A stretch of DNA of 64,000 nucleotides. Source: Laetmonice hystrix. Taxonomy: Eukaryota. Of this stretch, positions 41,597-53,997 are shown piece by piece; the stretch's first letter is position 1; every line of letters starts with the position of its first letter. A program made the translations under genes and the position numbers. Under the pieces are notes generated by a model. The model did not search any database and was not told the DNA's origin. It worked only from the letters and a program-made list of their open reading frames with translations. Location: positions 32,922,001 to 32,986,000 of the forward strand of contig OZ249437.1 in assembly GCA_965235115.1 (NCBI GenBank), in the 5' to 3' direction.

Positions 41597-41846
41597 GTCC
41601 ACTGGCCGAAGGGACCAGTCCACTGCCTGGCGAGGGGACCAGTCCACAGGCCGAGGGGACCAGTCCACTGCCTGGCGAGGGGACCAGTCCATTGGCCGAG
41701 GGGACCAGTCCACTGTCTGGCGAGGGGACCAGTCCACTGTCTGGCGAGGGGACCAGTCCACTGGCCGAGGAGACCAGCCCACTGTCTGGCGAGGGGACCA
41801 GTCCACTGTCTGACGAGAGGACCAGTCCACTGTCTGGAGAGGGGAC
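41597..41846. repeat. Mixed 24/21-bp minisatellite (~11 units)
   Basis: Units GAGGGGACCAGTCCACTGTCTGGC and GAGGGGACCAGTCCAC(T/A)GGCC. Confidence 0.93.
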
Positions 41847-43454
41847 GACGGTGAAGATGATCTGCTCACCGGCCTTGGGGAGGTGCGGAAAGACGACGGG
41901 AGCGTGGAATAAGGAGGCGACAAAAAGTGTCTTGGAGGGGAGGGGGAGTTTAAACTAAGAACGTGACTAACAAAATAAAAAGAACCGGCACCAAAAAACA
42001 CATAGAGCCTACCTTTCTTAAGTAATATTTCTTTGGATATACAACATATTTTCAAATTGTTTTCTCATTAAATGGATTCGTTGAATCGTAGATTTGTATG
42101 TAGGTCTTAAGTCAGTTCCAAGATCTATATTCCTCGGCTTTCCGCTTACAAGAACGGTCAAGAACCAACTACTAACGGTTACACATGGCATAAAATCTGA
42201 ATGAAACAAACACTAAAGTCAGTCGTATAAAAGGGTCACCTTTGGAAGAAGAAGAAAAAGAAACGGACGAAGAAAAAGAAGAAGAAAAAGAGGAAGAAAA
42301 AGGAGAAAATACTGCATGCAATGGCATCTGATCCCTGAGAGTTTTTTTAACGAGTTACCAAACAAGTGTATCGTGCGATCATAGCCTTTGGAACGTCATT
42401 TTCGGAACGGCACTCGTTAAGATCCCGAGAGGTCACGTATCGCGATAAGACGCAACTTCCGGGCACATGCATGCCACTCGGCCGAAATCACGTCAAAAGT
42501 AGGCATCAACCCATGGAAAGGCGTGGCGGTTACTTCTATCGCCACCAGGGGGCCACCGTCAGAAAGAAGTACAATACGTGTATTTTGCACCTAACGGTGA
42601 CGGCCCTACAGTAGGGGAAAGGTTCAATTTCAAAAGGAACTACTTTTCCCGAAGTTCATCAGCGGTGATGGGGGGGGGGGGGGGGGGGTGAGGGCGTTCT
42701 GTCATGAGGAGGCGTTTGATGATACAAACGATATATGTAGTAGTACAGGTGTTTAATCTGTGCATTGCAAGTGCAAAGGTGTCAGTACGCAATTAATTAC
42801 TTGCTGATATCCTATCTTAATTCTGTCATCCAGAGAAACTAATTGAAAAGGAATATGCGCCAGAGGAGTTAAACACGGCTAATATTAGTCCTCGGTAAAA
42901 GGTCAATCGTTTCAATAATTAAAGTGGTCAGTAATTAAAGCTCAGCACGACGTAATTACCCCATTCTGAACGTTAGAACGAGGGCATGGTACATTATCTC
43001 TAGCTGTTTTAATCCTTCCCCATCTGTTCATTTGTATAGAGTAAGATAATATAGCTAACGTTTTCATTACGGGAGTCATGCAGGAAGAAGGGGACAGCAA
43101 TTAGAGATCTGTTGCTGTCTTTTCCCGTATTATATTATGGACGTGAAACAGATAGCGACGTTACAATTAACTTCTTTCTCCTGTTTAATATGAATCTAAA
43201 TACACAATGTTGAGCTTATGTTAGCTCCGCGAGTCTCATTTCATAAGTTTTATTGACAAAATATGCCAAAAATTTACATCCTCTGATGATTTAAGTTAAT
43301 TCGAAATATGTTTTATGTTGATTCCCATACATTGAGCATGTCTCCCTGAAATAATGCAGGTTCGGCGGACCTGCAAATACCCGAGATATAGGTCATAGTG
43401 ACCTACATGCATTCCTCTGGATTGAAGTCCGTGATGTACTAATCCTATCTACGA

Positions 43455-43639
43455 GGGGATCCGGGATGGCGCAGTGGTTAGAGTGCGGGACCTTGAACCA
43501 AAGGTTTCGTGTTTGAGCCGCGGCCGCCCTGGGCCCGGTTTTTTGGTTCACCCAATGGATTTCACCGAGTGAGTTAGTTACCTTGTTCTCGCCCTGATAT
43601 AGCTGAAACTGACTGGGCGTTAAACACCAACTACTCACT
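43455..43639 (+). mobile_element. tRNA-derived SINE
   Basis: A-box-like TGGCGCAGTGGTTAGAG, B-box-like GTTTGAGCC (43511-43519), and a 3' end CTGATATAGCTGAAA...GGCGTTAAACACCAACTACTCACT resembling invertebrate SINE tails. Confidence 0.75.
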
Positions 43640-43865
43640 GCCTTTTTTTAGGGAAGTGGCGGTGGCCGAGTAGGTTCAATTCCAGTACAGAACTACATAT
43701 GTGTATTATCTTTTCTCTTTCCGGACATTCTCAAAGTAACTGGGTTACGCCTGATGCCCGTGCATTTAACAAGAAAATCACTCTCTCATCCGATCTATAA
43801 CTATGTGTATGTTGGTCATATACCACGAAGTGGACGACCTGCATATCCATGGAATCCTGGTCCAG

Positions 43866-44226
43866 CGGACTTCCATCCCGGCGGACTTCCATCCCGGCGG
43901 ACTTCCATCCCGGCAGACTTCCATCCCGGTGTCCCAATTTCAGATTACCCCCCTATCAGATTACCGGGGGGTAACCTGAAGCCAGCTTCAAATTACCCCC
44001 CGGTAATCTGAAGTTTGTTTCAAAAAGCCCCTCGGTTAGGGTTAAGGTAAGTTTAGGGTTAGGTGTATTTGAATTAACGCGCTAAACATTTTTTATCCGA
44101 AGTTTATTTTTGTAACTTGAAACTGGGGGGAGGGGGGTAATTTGAAGCTAGCTTCAGATTACCGGGGGGTAACTTCAATGGGGGGGGGGGGGTAATCTGA
44201 AACTGTTACACCGGCGGACTTCCATT
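43866..44226. repeat. 16-bp minisatellite (CGGACTTCCATCCCGG) interrupted by a TIR element
   Basis: Four units at 43866-43929; the array resumes as CCGG-CGGACTTCCATTCC after 44210. Confidence 0.85.
43930..44210. mobile_element. 281-bp non-autonomous TIR element (Ginger1-like MITE) with CCGG target-site duplication
   Basis: Termini TGT...ACA, with CCGG at 43926-43929 and 44211-44214. Left TIR TGTCCCAATTTCAGATTACCCCCC versus right reverse complement TGTAACAGTTTCAGATTACCCCCC, with similarity extending ~70 bp. The motif TTCA(G/A)ATTACC recurs, and the centre carries TTAGGG-like repeats. Confidence 0.75.
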
Positions 44227-44989
44227 CCGTTCACACCTGGTCCATTTTAAATCGGGGTGCATTTTCTCACACCGGTACTCTGTCCCGTCAACCACTCAAC
44301 CCGACAAGCATCTTTGTTCGAGTGCTTGTAGCAGACATATGTACAGAAAGCTCAATGCCAGAATCGATTTTTATTTCATCACAAACATTGATGCAGCATG
44401 GCATAGGCCAAGAGACACAAAGCCTTGGAATACATGTACCTCTTATCTTGGTGAAGCAGGCATAAAGCTTTGAACGTCTGGACAGTATTGTAACAGACAT
44501 AGAGACTTGGAAGACCTATAGAAGGCAGAGACCTTTGAAACGCCTGTAGAGGCAATATAAAGCTTTAGAACGACTATAGTGGCGGTATACATGAAGGGTA
44601 TAGACGAAATGGTTGTCAACGCCTATGAATACAGCAGAAACGTCAAATGCTATAGATGCGGCAGACATAGCGCTTTAAAGCGCCTCTATATATCATGTAC
44701 TATGCAGCCCATGATCGTAAACGGCCGTGCAGGTCATTGACGGCACCTGAACACCCTCAGCAATCTAACACCGAGTTTTAGTGGCTGCTGAATGTCACAA
44801 AATCATTTAGAAATCTCTGTAGGGGTAACAGAAACAAGGTATCACGCATTTGCAGTTTTTTCCCTGTAAACCCTTACGTTATCAAACTACGAGGACTGCG
44901 CATCATCACAAATTAAAGGGAAAAAGATTATCTGCTAAAAGCACTCTCTGCTTTGATGAAAGATCTGACAGAGTGTGCTACTGGATTAA

Positions 44990-45300
44990 GAGGCCGTTGA
45001 GGACAAGTCCACTTTTGTTTCATATCACGACTTTACCGTAGAGGGGCTTTTACCAAAGGTCACCAGTTTAATACAACTGGCGTGAGAACGAACTGATGAT
45101 GGTAACTGTGGAGACATTGGCGGGGCTGCTGAAAGAGGTAGTCCTCTGACTATTGCTGTATGTCGAAGCTGTCAAGTTTGGAAATATTCTCATTTACCAG
45201 ACTGTATCCCTGGGTATTACGACCGCCCCCAAATCGAATCCTTCGAGATCGTATACCTACCTCACGGATCCACCGCCATCAAATCAGTGTGATTTTCACC
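44990..45300 (+). mobile_element. Degenerate DIRS-like reverse transcriptase remnant
   Basis: Fragments MVTVETLAGLLKE (like FKMETL..I), IYQTVSLGITTAPK (like YQF..LPFGL.TAPR) and YTYLTD (like YLDD) occur in the expected order. Confidence 0.45.
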
Positions 45301-45312
45301 CACTTCTGGTAC

Positions 45313-45739
45313 CGTCCGTATGAGCGCTGGGGTTCGGAAGGTGTTATTCTCTGAGCGTCCGTGTGAGCGCTGGGGTTCGGAAGGTGTTATTCTCTGAGCG
45401 TCCGTGTGAGCGCTGGGGTTCGGAAGGTGTTATTCTCTGAGCGTCCGTGTGAGCGCTGGGGTTCGGAAGGTGTTATTCTCTGAGCGTCCGTGTGAGCGCT
45501 GGGGTTCGGAAGGTGTTATTCTCTGAGCGTCCGTGTGAGCGCTGGGGTTCGGAAGGTGTTATTCTCTGAGCGTCCGTGTGAGCGCTGGGGTTCGGAAGGT
45601 GTTATTCTCTGAGCGTCCGTGTGAGCGCTGGGGTTCGGAAGGTGTTATTCTCTGAGCGTCCGTGTGAGCGCTGGGGTTCGGAAGGTGTTATTCTCTGAGC
45701 GTCCGTGTGAGCGCTGGGGTTCGGAAGGTGTTATTCTCT
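45313..45739. repeat. 43-bp minisatellite, ~10 near-identical copies
   Basis: Unit GAGCGCTGGGGTTCGGAAGGTGTTATTCTCTGAGCGTCCGTGT, recurring at 45322, 45365 and onward. Confidence 0.97.
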
Positions 45740-48700
45740 GGGATATTGCCGCCAAATCTTTCCGTGTGGGCCAATAATTTGGAATGTCACGATGGCATAC
45801 GTGTCAGCATTTAACCTGGACCGTGTTTGGTGATCCGCCAGAGTCTCAGGTGGTAAGATGGGGAGGTGTGTGTCACAAGCAATGATATGTGTGTGTGGTG
45901 GTGATGACCTTGACACGACCTCCAAACGGACCAGTGTCACCCACAGAGCGAGAACGTGGTGTATACGGAGGGTGGGCTGTGTCCATGCGGGTCATTTCTC
46001 ATTATCACAAGAACTTAATGACTCTATTCAGCCGGAGGTCTTTTCATACTTTCAGCACCTCCACCCACTCCGACTGGAGACCCTGCGCATTGCCTCCGCC
46101 GCACATGCGCGGTCACGTAAAGAGTTTCACGCGACATTTCGCCCTTACTATAGTGATATTTAGACGCAGCGGCCTCTGTTCATCAGGCAAGGTTGGCTTG
46201 GCGACACTCTTGAGAAATCCACGAAAAGGTAAAAAAAAAAGAAACAACCCCAGCCGTTTGACAGGTAGAAATAGACACCTCTGTAGACACGCTGAGTGTG
46301 TGTGTGTGATAGAACCAGTTGTCCAGTACAGTGTCACCCTGTAAAGACGACCACTGTGTGTTGGACAGTTGGTGTGCCACAGTCGATATCGGGAGACATG
46401 GTATATGTCGGTTCAGGAACTATCATGGCGAAGGTTGGCATTCACAGTCACGCAATAGGTACGGACACCTTGTCGGCAGACCTCTCGGTAGCACCGTCAC
46501 ACTGACATCAGCTATTATTAGAGAAAAGCTTGGTGTCCTTGGGTTTGGAAAGGGCCCCCCTTTCACTTGCGATTTACTTGGAAAGGAAAACTGCTGACGT
46601 AATGGGAAAGTTGTCAATTTCAGTCTCATAATACGTTATGTAGACCTAGTATTATTAACACTGACATGAAATTCTTTATGACATTTGAAATACATCCTTG
46701 GAAACATTGCGAACGGTTCCGCCATCATTTATATGTCCATCAGTTGGACCTTGGGCTACATAAACAACTCCATATCCCTCGTTAGTTGTCTCATCTGCCT
46801 GATGCATCACTCAAAGCCTTCCTGCACACGCTGAAGCCCATGGTGCCCAAGTCTTTAGCCCTTACCCCACAGTCATTTTACTTCAATTTGGGAGCTTCTG
46901 GGGGCGCTCAAATAGAAATGCTGTTTAGGCTAGTCCGGTTTTGTGAAGTAATAACTGTTCCTGTCCATGGTTGGATGGGAAGTTGTTCCGACCAACCCGA
47001 ATTCCTGTAGCAAATGGCGGCGCCCCCTGGAGGCGTGGCTCAGCATTATTCTAATAGGATATAACCAATAGAAGCGCCTCCATAAGTCTGGGGCCATCTG
47101 ACTAATGACTCTATGGCCAGAGTGCTACCACAGTAGGCTCACAGCCCCCGGGCAGACATCCGGGACCTTGGGTACCAATACTCTCCAGATGTAGTCTGGT
47201 CCGACGGCCGGGCCTTCATTTACGACAGTGAACCGCCCCACTTACGGCAACGTTTCTCATTTACCCATACGGAGGTTTCCATCATTTATCATGCAAATCG
47301 ATGCAATCGTTCAGAAGCAAATTAACTCCCATTTATGTTCGTGATTATATATTTTTTCCACGCGTGTCTGTCAGAGGCGAAAGTTTGCCTCATGTTCCAC
47401 TTCTAAGCTGAATCACGACATATAGAGATTACAAAAAAGTCCAGTTATATTATATCATTATAGACCAAGTTTGTTCTTCGTGCTCTTTTCATGAATAGAT
47501 AAATCCCTTGTAGTCACGCACGGTGGTTCAGAGAGTAGGCCTTTCGGTAACCCACAATGTGTTTTTCTTCCACGTTTTCTTTCATTACTTGCTAATGATC
47601 CGCGTGAACGGACATTGACATGCGATTCATTTTCTGGGGCAAAAAAAATCAAAGCTCTTTAGAATCACTCCAAATGATGAAACACTGGCTCGGAGGTGCC
47701 TCCCCACTCACATTTTTGGGAGAAGGCCTTTATTCTCTTTGACATGAGTTCCAGCGCCTCGGAGTCCGCAATCCTTCCTGCACGGTCGATTGCAGCGCTA
47801 ATTGCCATAATGGCCACATTAGAGTGCCTCGGTTCTACCCTCCAACCTGGTGGCTATTAGTAATGATACATGCCCACTCGGGACTATCATCAGTCTCCCA
47901 GACTGGTATAATTGAGACAGCAACGCTGGTCTGACGACACTGGATTCTATTCATGGTGACTAACATCCTGGTAGTCACAGACAACATGCTCTCGGCTATG
48001 TGCTTCAACTTATCCAAGTCCCGGCTCTATGTGGAAGCGTTGCTCTATAATTTCATATAATATCAGAAAAGGCCGCGTTGATCAGATGCAGCGGTTGACT
48101 GGAATGGGTTTGATATCGGGTCCGCCTGCTATGGACACGTTGAAAACAAAGCGATGTCTGTGTCTGTCTCTCAGTCTGCTACAGACGCCAACAGGCCAGG
48201 TGGTCCCGTATCATGTTCAGAGATTACTGTCTACCGTTGTCGGCAGGAGATGTCGGTTGTTTTTGAAACGTTCGTTGACTGTTGACACTGTTGACCTTCA
48301 AAAGCCGGGTGCCTAAATGAACCAGCCATGATGCCCAAGGCAGTCATCATCGAGGTGTCTGGGGTTTTCTTGCACTAATAATCAACAAATGACGTGGACC
48401 ACAGGGCTAGAGCTCTTTGTCCGCATACTACAGTAACTGTTATAGATGGATACATGTATACAGTAACTGCCAGATGGATATTACATTCGACGGTACATTC
48501 ATTAGAGTTTTATTATTAGTTTCCCTTTCTCCATAGCCTGCCCTCTGAGCCCCACATGTGGTGAGCGTCGAACACAGGGCGTGGTACTAGGGGTGTAGAG
48601 GATGCATTACGTCATTTAGGTTAAAACAATTAACATGAGGGTCAAGGGTCTGTAAGGTGACCTTCCGTACCCCCAGGGGGGCTGGGGTAGTGTGGGGGCA

Positions 48701-48879
48701 TGGCGAAGCGTGTGTATATAATGAGAGAACCCCCCCCCCCTTGCTGCCCCCCTCTGCCCCAACCACTCGGACCAAAGTAACCTGCCCAGCGGCGCTGGCC
48801 GCCACCCGCTGTCCCCAGGGGGTCGAGCACTTGATCCTCGGTAGACAGGTAACCATCAGTCGGAGAGAGGTCGATCTGA

Positions 48880-49140
48880 GCCTGATCCCTGCCGTACCCC
48901 GACAGGATCACGTGTGGACAGAAACAGATGAGTGGGCAAAGCCGCCAGTGGCCGCACGTTACGGCCCGTAAGTACTCTCATCCAAGCCCCTTGTTGATTC
49001 TTCACGGCGCAGCCTGTATTACTGGCGCACGCACGCACGCTCAGCCGACTCGCTGTCAACCGGGTTTCAACCTCTGGTAAACTCAGATGACATGTTCAAT
49101 CAGTGGTGATAGATACCAGAATGTGTTTGTTCTGCCCCCC
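48880..49140 (-). mobile_element. Degenerate Gypsy-type (or Ginger-type) integrase remnant
   Basis: Minus-strand fragments GQNKHILVS (like GNKYILV) and, with a frameshift, VKNQQGAWDE...ATGGF (like NQRDWDE..STGFSP). Much of the core is missing. Confidence 0.35.
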
Positions 49141-50369
49141 CCCCCCCCAGTCCCAGACGACTGGTGGGTGTCGGCATGCCTGTACGAGTGCCTGGTACAG
49201 GTACGGATTGTCGTCTAGGCCGACCTGCTGATCATGTCGCCGACTTTCCGGTTTCCGACGTGGACAATGGCCTCGTACGACGTTGGTATGTGAGAGGGGA
49301 ATGCAGTAGTACACACTAGGAGCACATGGTAATTAGTAGATAATTAAGGTTAATTATTAATCAAGAGTCACTTACTGTTACGGACCTCACTGAGGCACAT
49401 CTCCGACCCCCTCGGCAGCTAATCACGGGTTGCCTCGATCAGTAGGCTGAGTGTCACCCGAGAGAGAGGTCTCAGGAGTTGGTGTATCGCTAAGTAAGCC
49501 CAAGGATGCACGATCCGAGCCAAGCGTCAGCTGCAGGCGTCAGTCAGCAAGCCGAGGGGTTAGAGCCAGCGGTAAGCCGAGCTTGCTGGGGATGAAGCGG
49601 TGCTGGGTCTCCGTCATATCATCCACGGTCCGTATCCAGAGACCAGCCGACACTGAGTGATTGAAGCTTGTGTGGAGACCAGCCGCTTCCACCGTGACGA
49701 CACAACGTATGTGTAGGTGGCGCTGCGGACTGTCTCCCGTCCGTCCGTCCACAGAGGATCGGTCGCCTCCCGTTGGCGTCAGGCCTGCGTCCCCCTCTTT
49801 CTGTCACGTTCTGTCGTTCCCACAAGTTCAGGCCTGATGGAATCACCTTTAAGAAACGTGAAAAATACATTCATTGTTCCGGGTTTCTATATGTACATTG
49901 AGGGATTATTTCACACTATTCCGTGATATAGATAAAAGGGGCAAATTAAGGGATGCTCTATACAAGGGGCACAGAAAAAATGGGGAAATATGCAAATTTC
50001 CGCCTGTTGGCAAGTTCCTTTGTTATTACATGTGAGAGGATTACTTCTTACATGGAAAAATTAATGAAGCCATTGAAACGGGGACTGCGACTTCTCAGCA
50101 GCAAGCATAGGCGTGATTTCCAAAAGGTGGGTCGAATTCGACTTCAGGGGGAACCTGGTTGGCACTGAGCTACCAGAAAAAAAATACGAAAAAAATGGCA
50201 CCTCAACTTCATTATGAATCTTGAAAATTTTAGGGCGGCGTTGGCCAAGGGGGGGGGGGGGGAGGGCTTCCCACCCTTCCGCCCCCGGGGCGTCTAGGGC
50301 AAGGTTATATTTTGGTCTTCTATTGATGAAAAATACGGCGCCCTCCCCGTTACACCCAGCACTCCCTGA

Positions 50370-52393
50370 AGCCGGCCACACACTGGAAGACGGGACGCTA
50401 AAAGACGGGACAAGACGGTCCTATCTGGCAGTGTGCGTGTCCACGAGACGGTCTTTCGCCCGTCTTCAGGACCGTCTTGACGGTCCGTGGACGCTGTGTG
50501 CGTGTATCACAGACGGTCCGGGACGGTCCGTGGACGCTGTGTGCGTGTATCACAGACGGTCCGGGACGGTCCGTGGACGCTGTGTGCGTGTATCACAGAC
50601 GGTCCGGGACGGTCCGTGGACGCTGTGTGCGTGTATCACAGACGGGACGGTCCGTGGACGCTGTGTGCGTGTATCACAGACGGGACGGGACGGTCCGTGG
50701 AGGCTGTGTGCGTGCATCACAGACGGGACGGTCCGTGGACGCTGTGTGCGTGTATCACAGACGGGACGGTCCGTGGACGCTGTGTGCGTGTATCACAGAC
50801 GGGATACGACGAGTGTCTGACATGTCTGTGCGTGTATCACAGACGGGATACGACGAGTGTCTGACATGTCTGTGCGTGTATCACAGACGGGATACGACGA
50901 GTGTCTGACATGTCTGTGCGTGTATCACAGACGGGATACGCCGAGTGTCTGACATGTCTGTGCGTGTATCACAGACGGGATACGACGAGTGTCTGACATG
51001 TCTGTGCGTGTATCACAGACGGGATACGACGAGTGTCTGACATGTCTGTGCGTGTATCACAGACGGGATACGACGAGTGTCTGACATGTCTGTGCGTGTA
51101 TCACAGACGGGATACGACGAGTGTCTGACATGTCTGTGCGTGTATCACAGACGGGATACGCCGAGTGTCTGACATGTCTGTGCGTGTATCACAGACGGGA
51201 TACGACGAGTGTCTGACATGTCTGTGCGTGTATCACAGACGGGATACGACGAGTGTCTGACATGTCTGTGCGTGTATCACAGACGGGATACGACGAGTGT
51301 CTGACATGTCTGTGCGTGTATCACAGACGGGATACGACGAGTGTCTGACATGTCTGTGCGTGTATCACAGACGGGATACGACGAGTGTCTGACATGTCTG
51401 TGCGTGTATCACAGACGGGATACGAGTAGTGTCTGACATGTCTGTGCGTGTATCACAGACGGGATGCGACGAGTGTCTGACATGTCTGTGCGTGTATCAC
51501 AGACGGGATACGACGAGTGTCTGACATGTCTGTGCGTGTATCACAGACGGGATACGCCGAGTGTCTGACATGTCTGTGCGTGTATCACAGACGGGATACG
51601 ACAAGTGTCTGACATCTCTGTGCGTGTATCACAGACGGGATACGACGAGTGTCTGACATGTCTGTGCGTGTATCACAGACGGGATACGACGAGTGTCTGA
51701 CATGTCTGTGCGTGTATCACAGACGGGATACGACGAGTGTCTGACATGTCTGTGCGTGTATCACAGACGGGATACGCCGAGTGTCTGACATGTCTGTGCG
51801 TGTATCACAGACGGGATACGCCGAGTGTCTGACATGTCTGTGCGTGTATCACAGACGGGATACGACGAGTGTCTGACATGTCTGTGCGTGTATCACAGAC
51901 GGGATACGACGAGTGTCTGACATGTCTGTGCGTGTATCACAGACGGGATACGACGAGTGTCTGACATGTCTGTGCGTGTATCACAGACGGGATACGACGA
52001 GTGTCTGACATGTCTGTGCGTGTATCACAGACGGGATACGACGAGTGTCTGACATGTCTGTGCGTGTATCACAGACGGGATACGACGAGTGTCTGACATG
52101 TGTGCGGGGGCCGAGGACAGGACCGGACGACCTGAAGGAGGAGCACCCAATCAGCATGCGCTTAGATTGGTCATGTGACGGGTATAGGATACCGGAACCG
52201 GATGGATATTTACCAAGATGGCCGACAACAACACATGGAGCGCCTCCATTTTTGTTGAGTAAACACGCGTCTTTCTTCCGTCCTGTGTCACTGGTGTATG
52301 ATCCCCCCTGATCTGTACTTTAGATCTCGGACGCGACAAGACCGTCCCGTCTGGTCCTGTCCTGTCTCGTCGTCTTCCAGTATGCGCCAGACG
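50370..52393. mobile_element. ~2-kb non-autonomous TIR element (PIF/Harbinger-like) filled with a satellite
   Basis: Left end AGCCGGCCACACACTGGAAGACG versus right reverse complement CGTCTGGCGCATACTGGAAGACG (17/23, inner 11 perfect). Subterminal GACGGGAC/GACAAGAC motifs occur at both ends. Flanks are TGA and TCA, an imperfect 3-bp site. Confidence 0.6.
50478..52100. repeat. Two-phase satellite: 43/38-bp A units, then ~30 copies of a 44-bp B unit
   Basis: A unit GACGG(TCCG)GGACGGTCCGTGGACGCTGTGTGCGTGTATCACA runs to ~50798. B unit GACGGGATACGACGAGTGTCTGACATGTCTGTGCGTGTATCACA follows. Both share the core TGTGCGTGTATCACAGACGG. Confidence 0.97.
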
Positions 52394-52727
52394 TCAGTTT
52401 GTGATCAATTTTAGAATGATTAACGTAAACTTTACAACTCTAAGGTTGCGCACGCCGTCAGCGATTAGAAATATTAATTAAGGTCAAGTCACAAATTGGT
52501 TCAAGTGAATACATTTTTACGTGCCTTACACAGAGGATTTTCAATGAAACTGCAGATTTTAAACGGTCAACTTTTAACCATTCAACTCAAAAGTCGCCGA
52601 CTGAACCAAGGTAACATGATAAACATATTGTTTGGCGGTACAGGCAATCGCAATGGAGGTCCTGGACTGGCATACTTAATAGAAACAATAGTGTGGCTTG
52701 ATTTTTCATTTGATCTGCCTTATTCCA

Positions 52728-52770
52728 GGGGGCCTCGGTTGGCCGAGTGGTCTAAGGTGTTGGCTTATGA
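52728..52770 (+). mobile_element. tRNA-derived SINE head, degenerate
   Basis: GGGGGCCTCGGTTGGCCGAGTGGTCTAAGG is an A-box-like tRNA 5' half; no intact B box follows. Confidence 0.55.
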
Positions 52771-53149
52771 CCTTATTTCATCATCTAATAATACATCGAG
52801 GAATCCATCTCATTACGGGTAGCAGAATAAGCAGTTATACATGCTCACGTTCATTGTCATGTATGCTCGGTCATTTTGTAATTAAATCAAGAAATGATAT
52901 TAAATTTTTTAATTGGATCAGTCAGACTCTTGACTTCAATAAACGACAATATTCGTTTTATAGCTGCGTTCTTCCCTTGTGTGTTAACTAACTCTGTTGG
53001 TTATCGCCCAGTGACAAGAACGCCATATTCTTATAGCATGATTGGAAGAGCGGAGGGGAAACAAGCGCTGGTCGCCTTTCTTCTCAGTTTGTAACATTTT
53101 TAATATTTGCTTATTATTCGATATCCAAGTGTCTTCGCCTGCCACATCG

Positions 53150-53607
53150 TTATTATAATTCATGCCTGCATGCATACACATTATTATAATTCATGCCTGC
53201 ATGTATTATAATTCATGCCTGCATGCATACACATTATTATAATTCATGCCTGCATGCATAGACATTATTATAATTCATGCCTGCATGTATTATAATTCAT
53301 GCCTGCATGCATACACATTATTATAATTCATGCCTGCATGCATACACATTATTATAATTCATGCCTGCATGCATACACATTATTATAATTCATGCCTGCA
53401 TGCATACACATTATTATAATTCATGCCTGCATGCATACACATTATTATAATTCATGCCTGCATGCATACACATTATTATAATTCATGCCTGCATGCATAC
53501 ACATTATTATAATTCATGCCTGCATGCATACACATTATTATAATTCATGCCTGCATGCATACACATTATTATAATTCATGCCTGCATGCATACACATTAT
53601 TATAATT
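53150..53607. repeat. 31-bp AT-rich minisatellite (~15 units, two 22-bp deletion variants)
   Basis: Unit CACATTATTATAATTCATGCCTGCATGCATA, containing the palindromes ATTATAAT and TGCATGCA. Confidence 0.96.
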
Positions 53608-53997
53608 ATGACGTCCTGAATTGAAAGTCCTCACCCCAGTAACTGATGGAGCAATAGTGAAGTTTTAAATGTGTCGTGCTATAGGGTTTCCAAAGAACTA
53701 CAGTCATAGTTCCGAAAACACTTTCAATCAGTGTTCTGAATACATTACGGGCTTCCACCGCTAGGCCATCGGTTACTGACAATTCAGATTCAACATTTGC
53801 AGGGACATAAAAAATAAACAAATGTATTTTGAAACATAAACATCACCTTTGTATAAATCTCGTCCCTCTTTGTTACTAGATATAGCATTAAGAACATTCT
53901 GTAACAAAAGGGGTTTTACGCACGAAAACTGAGACGGACTGAAAGATTTATTAATTCATGATCAGTATCAAAACCTGAAGTATCGAATTTGTCTAAC

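Noticed and set aside
43455-43530. Possible tRNA gene
   Set aside because: There is no closed cloverleaf or acceptor stem and it continues into a SINE-type tail, so it is treated as a SINE.
46340-46560. VLDSWCATV, resembling a retroviral aspartic protease D(S/T)G motif
   Set aside because: The catalytic Gly is absent and flanking similarity is too weak to call.
50221-50908. 125-199-aa repetitive ORFs
   Set aside because: They derive from the A-type satellite units and break once the 44-bp units begin.
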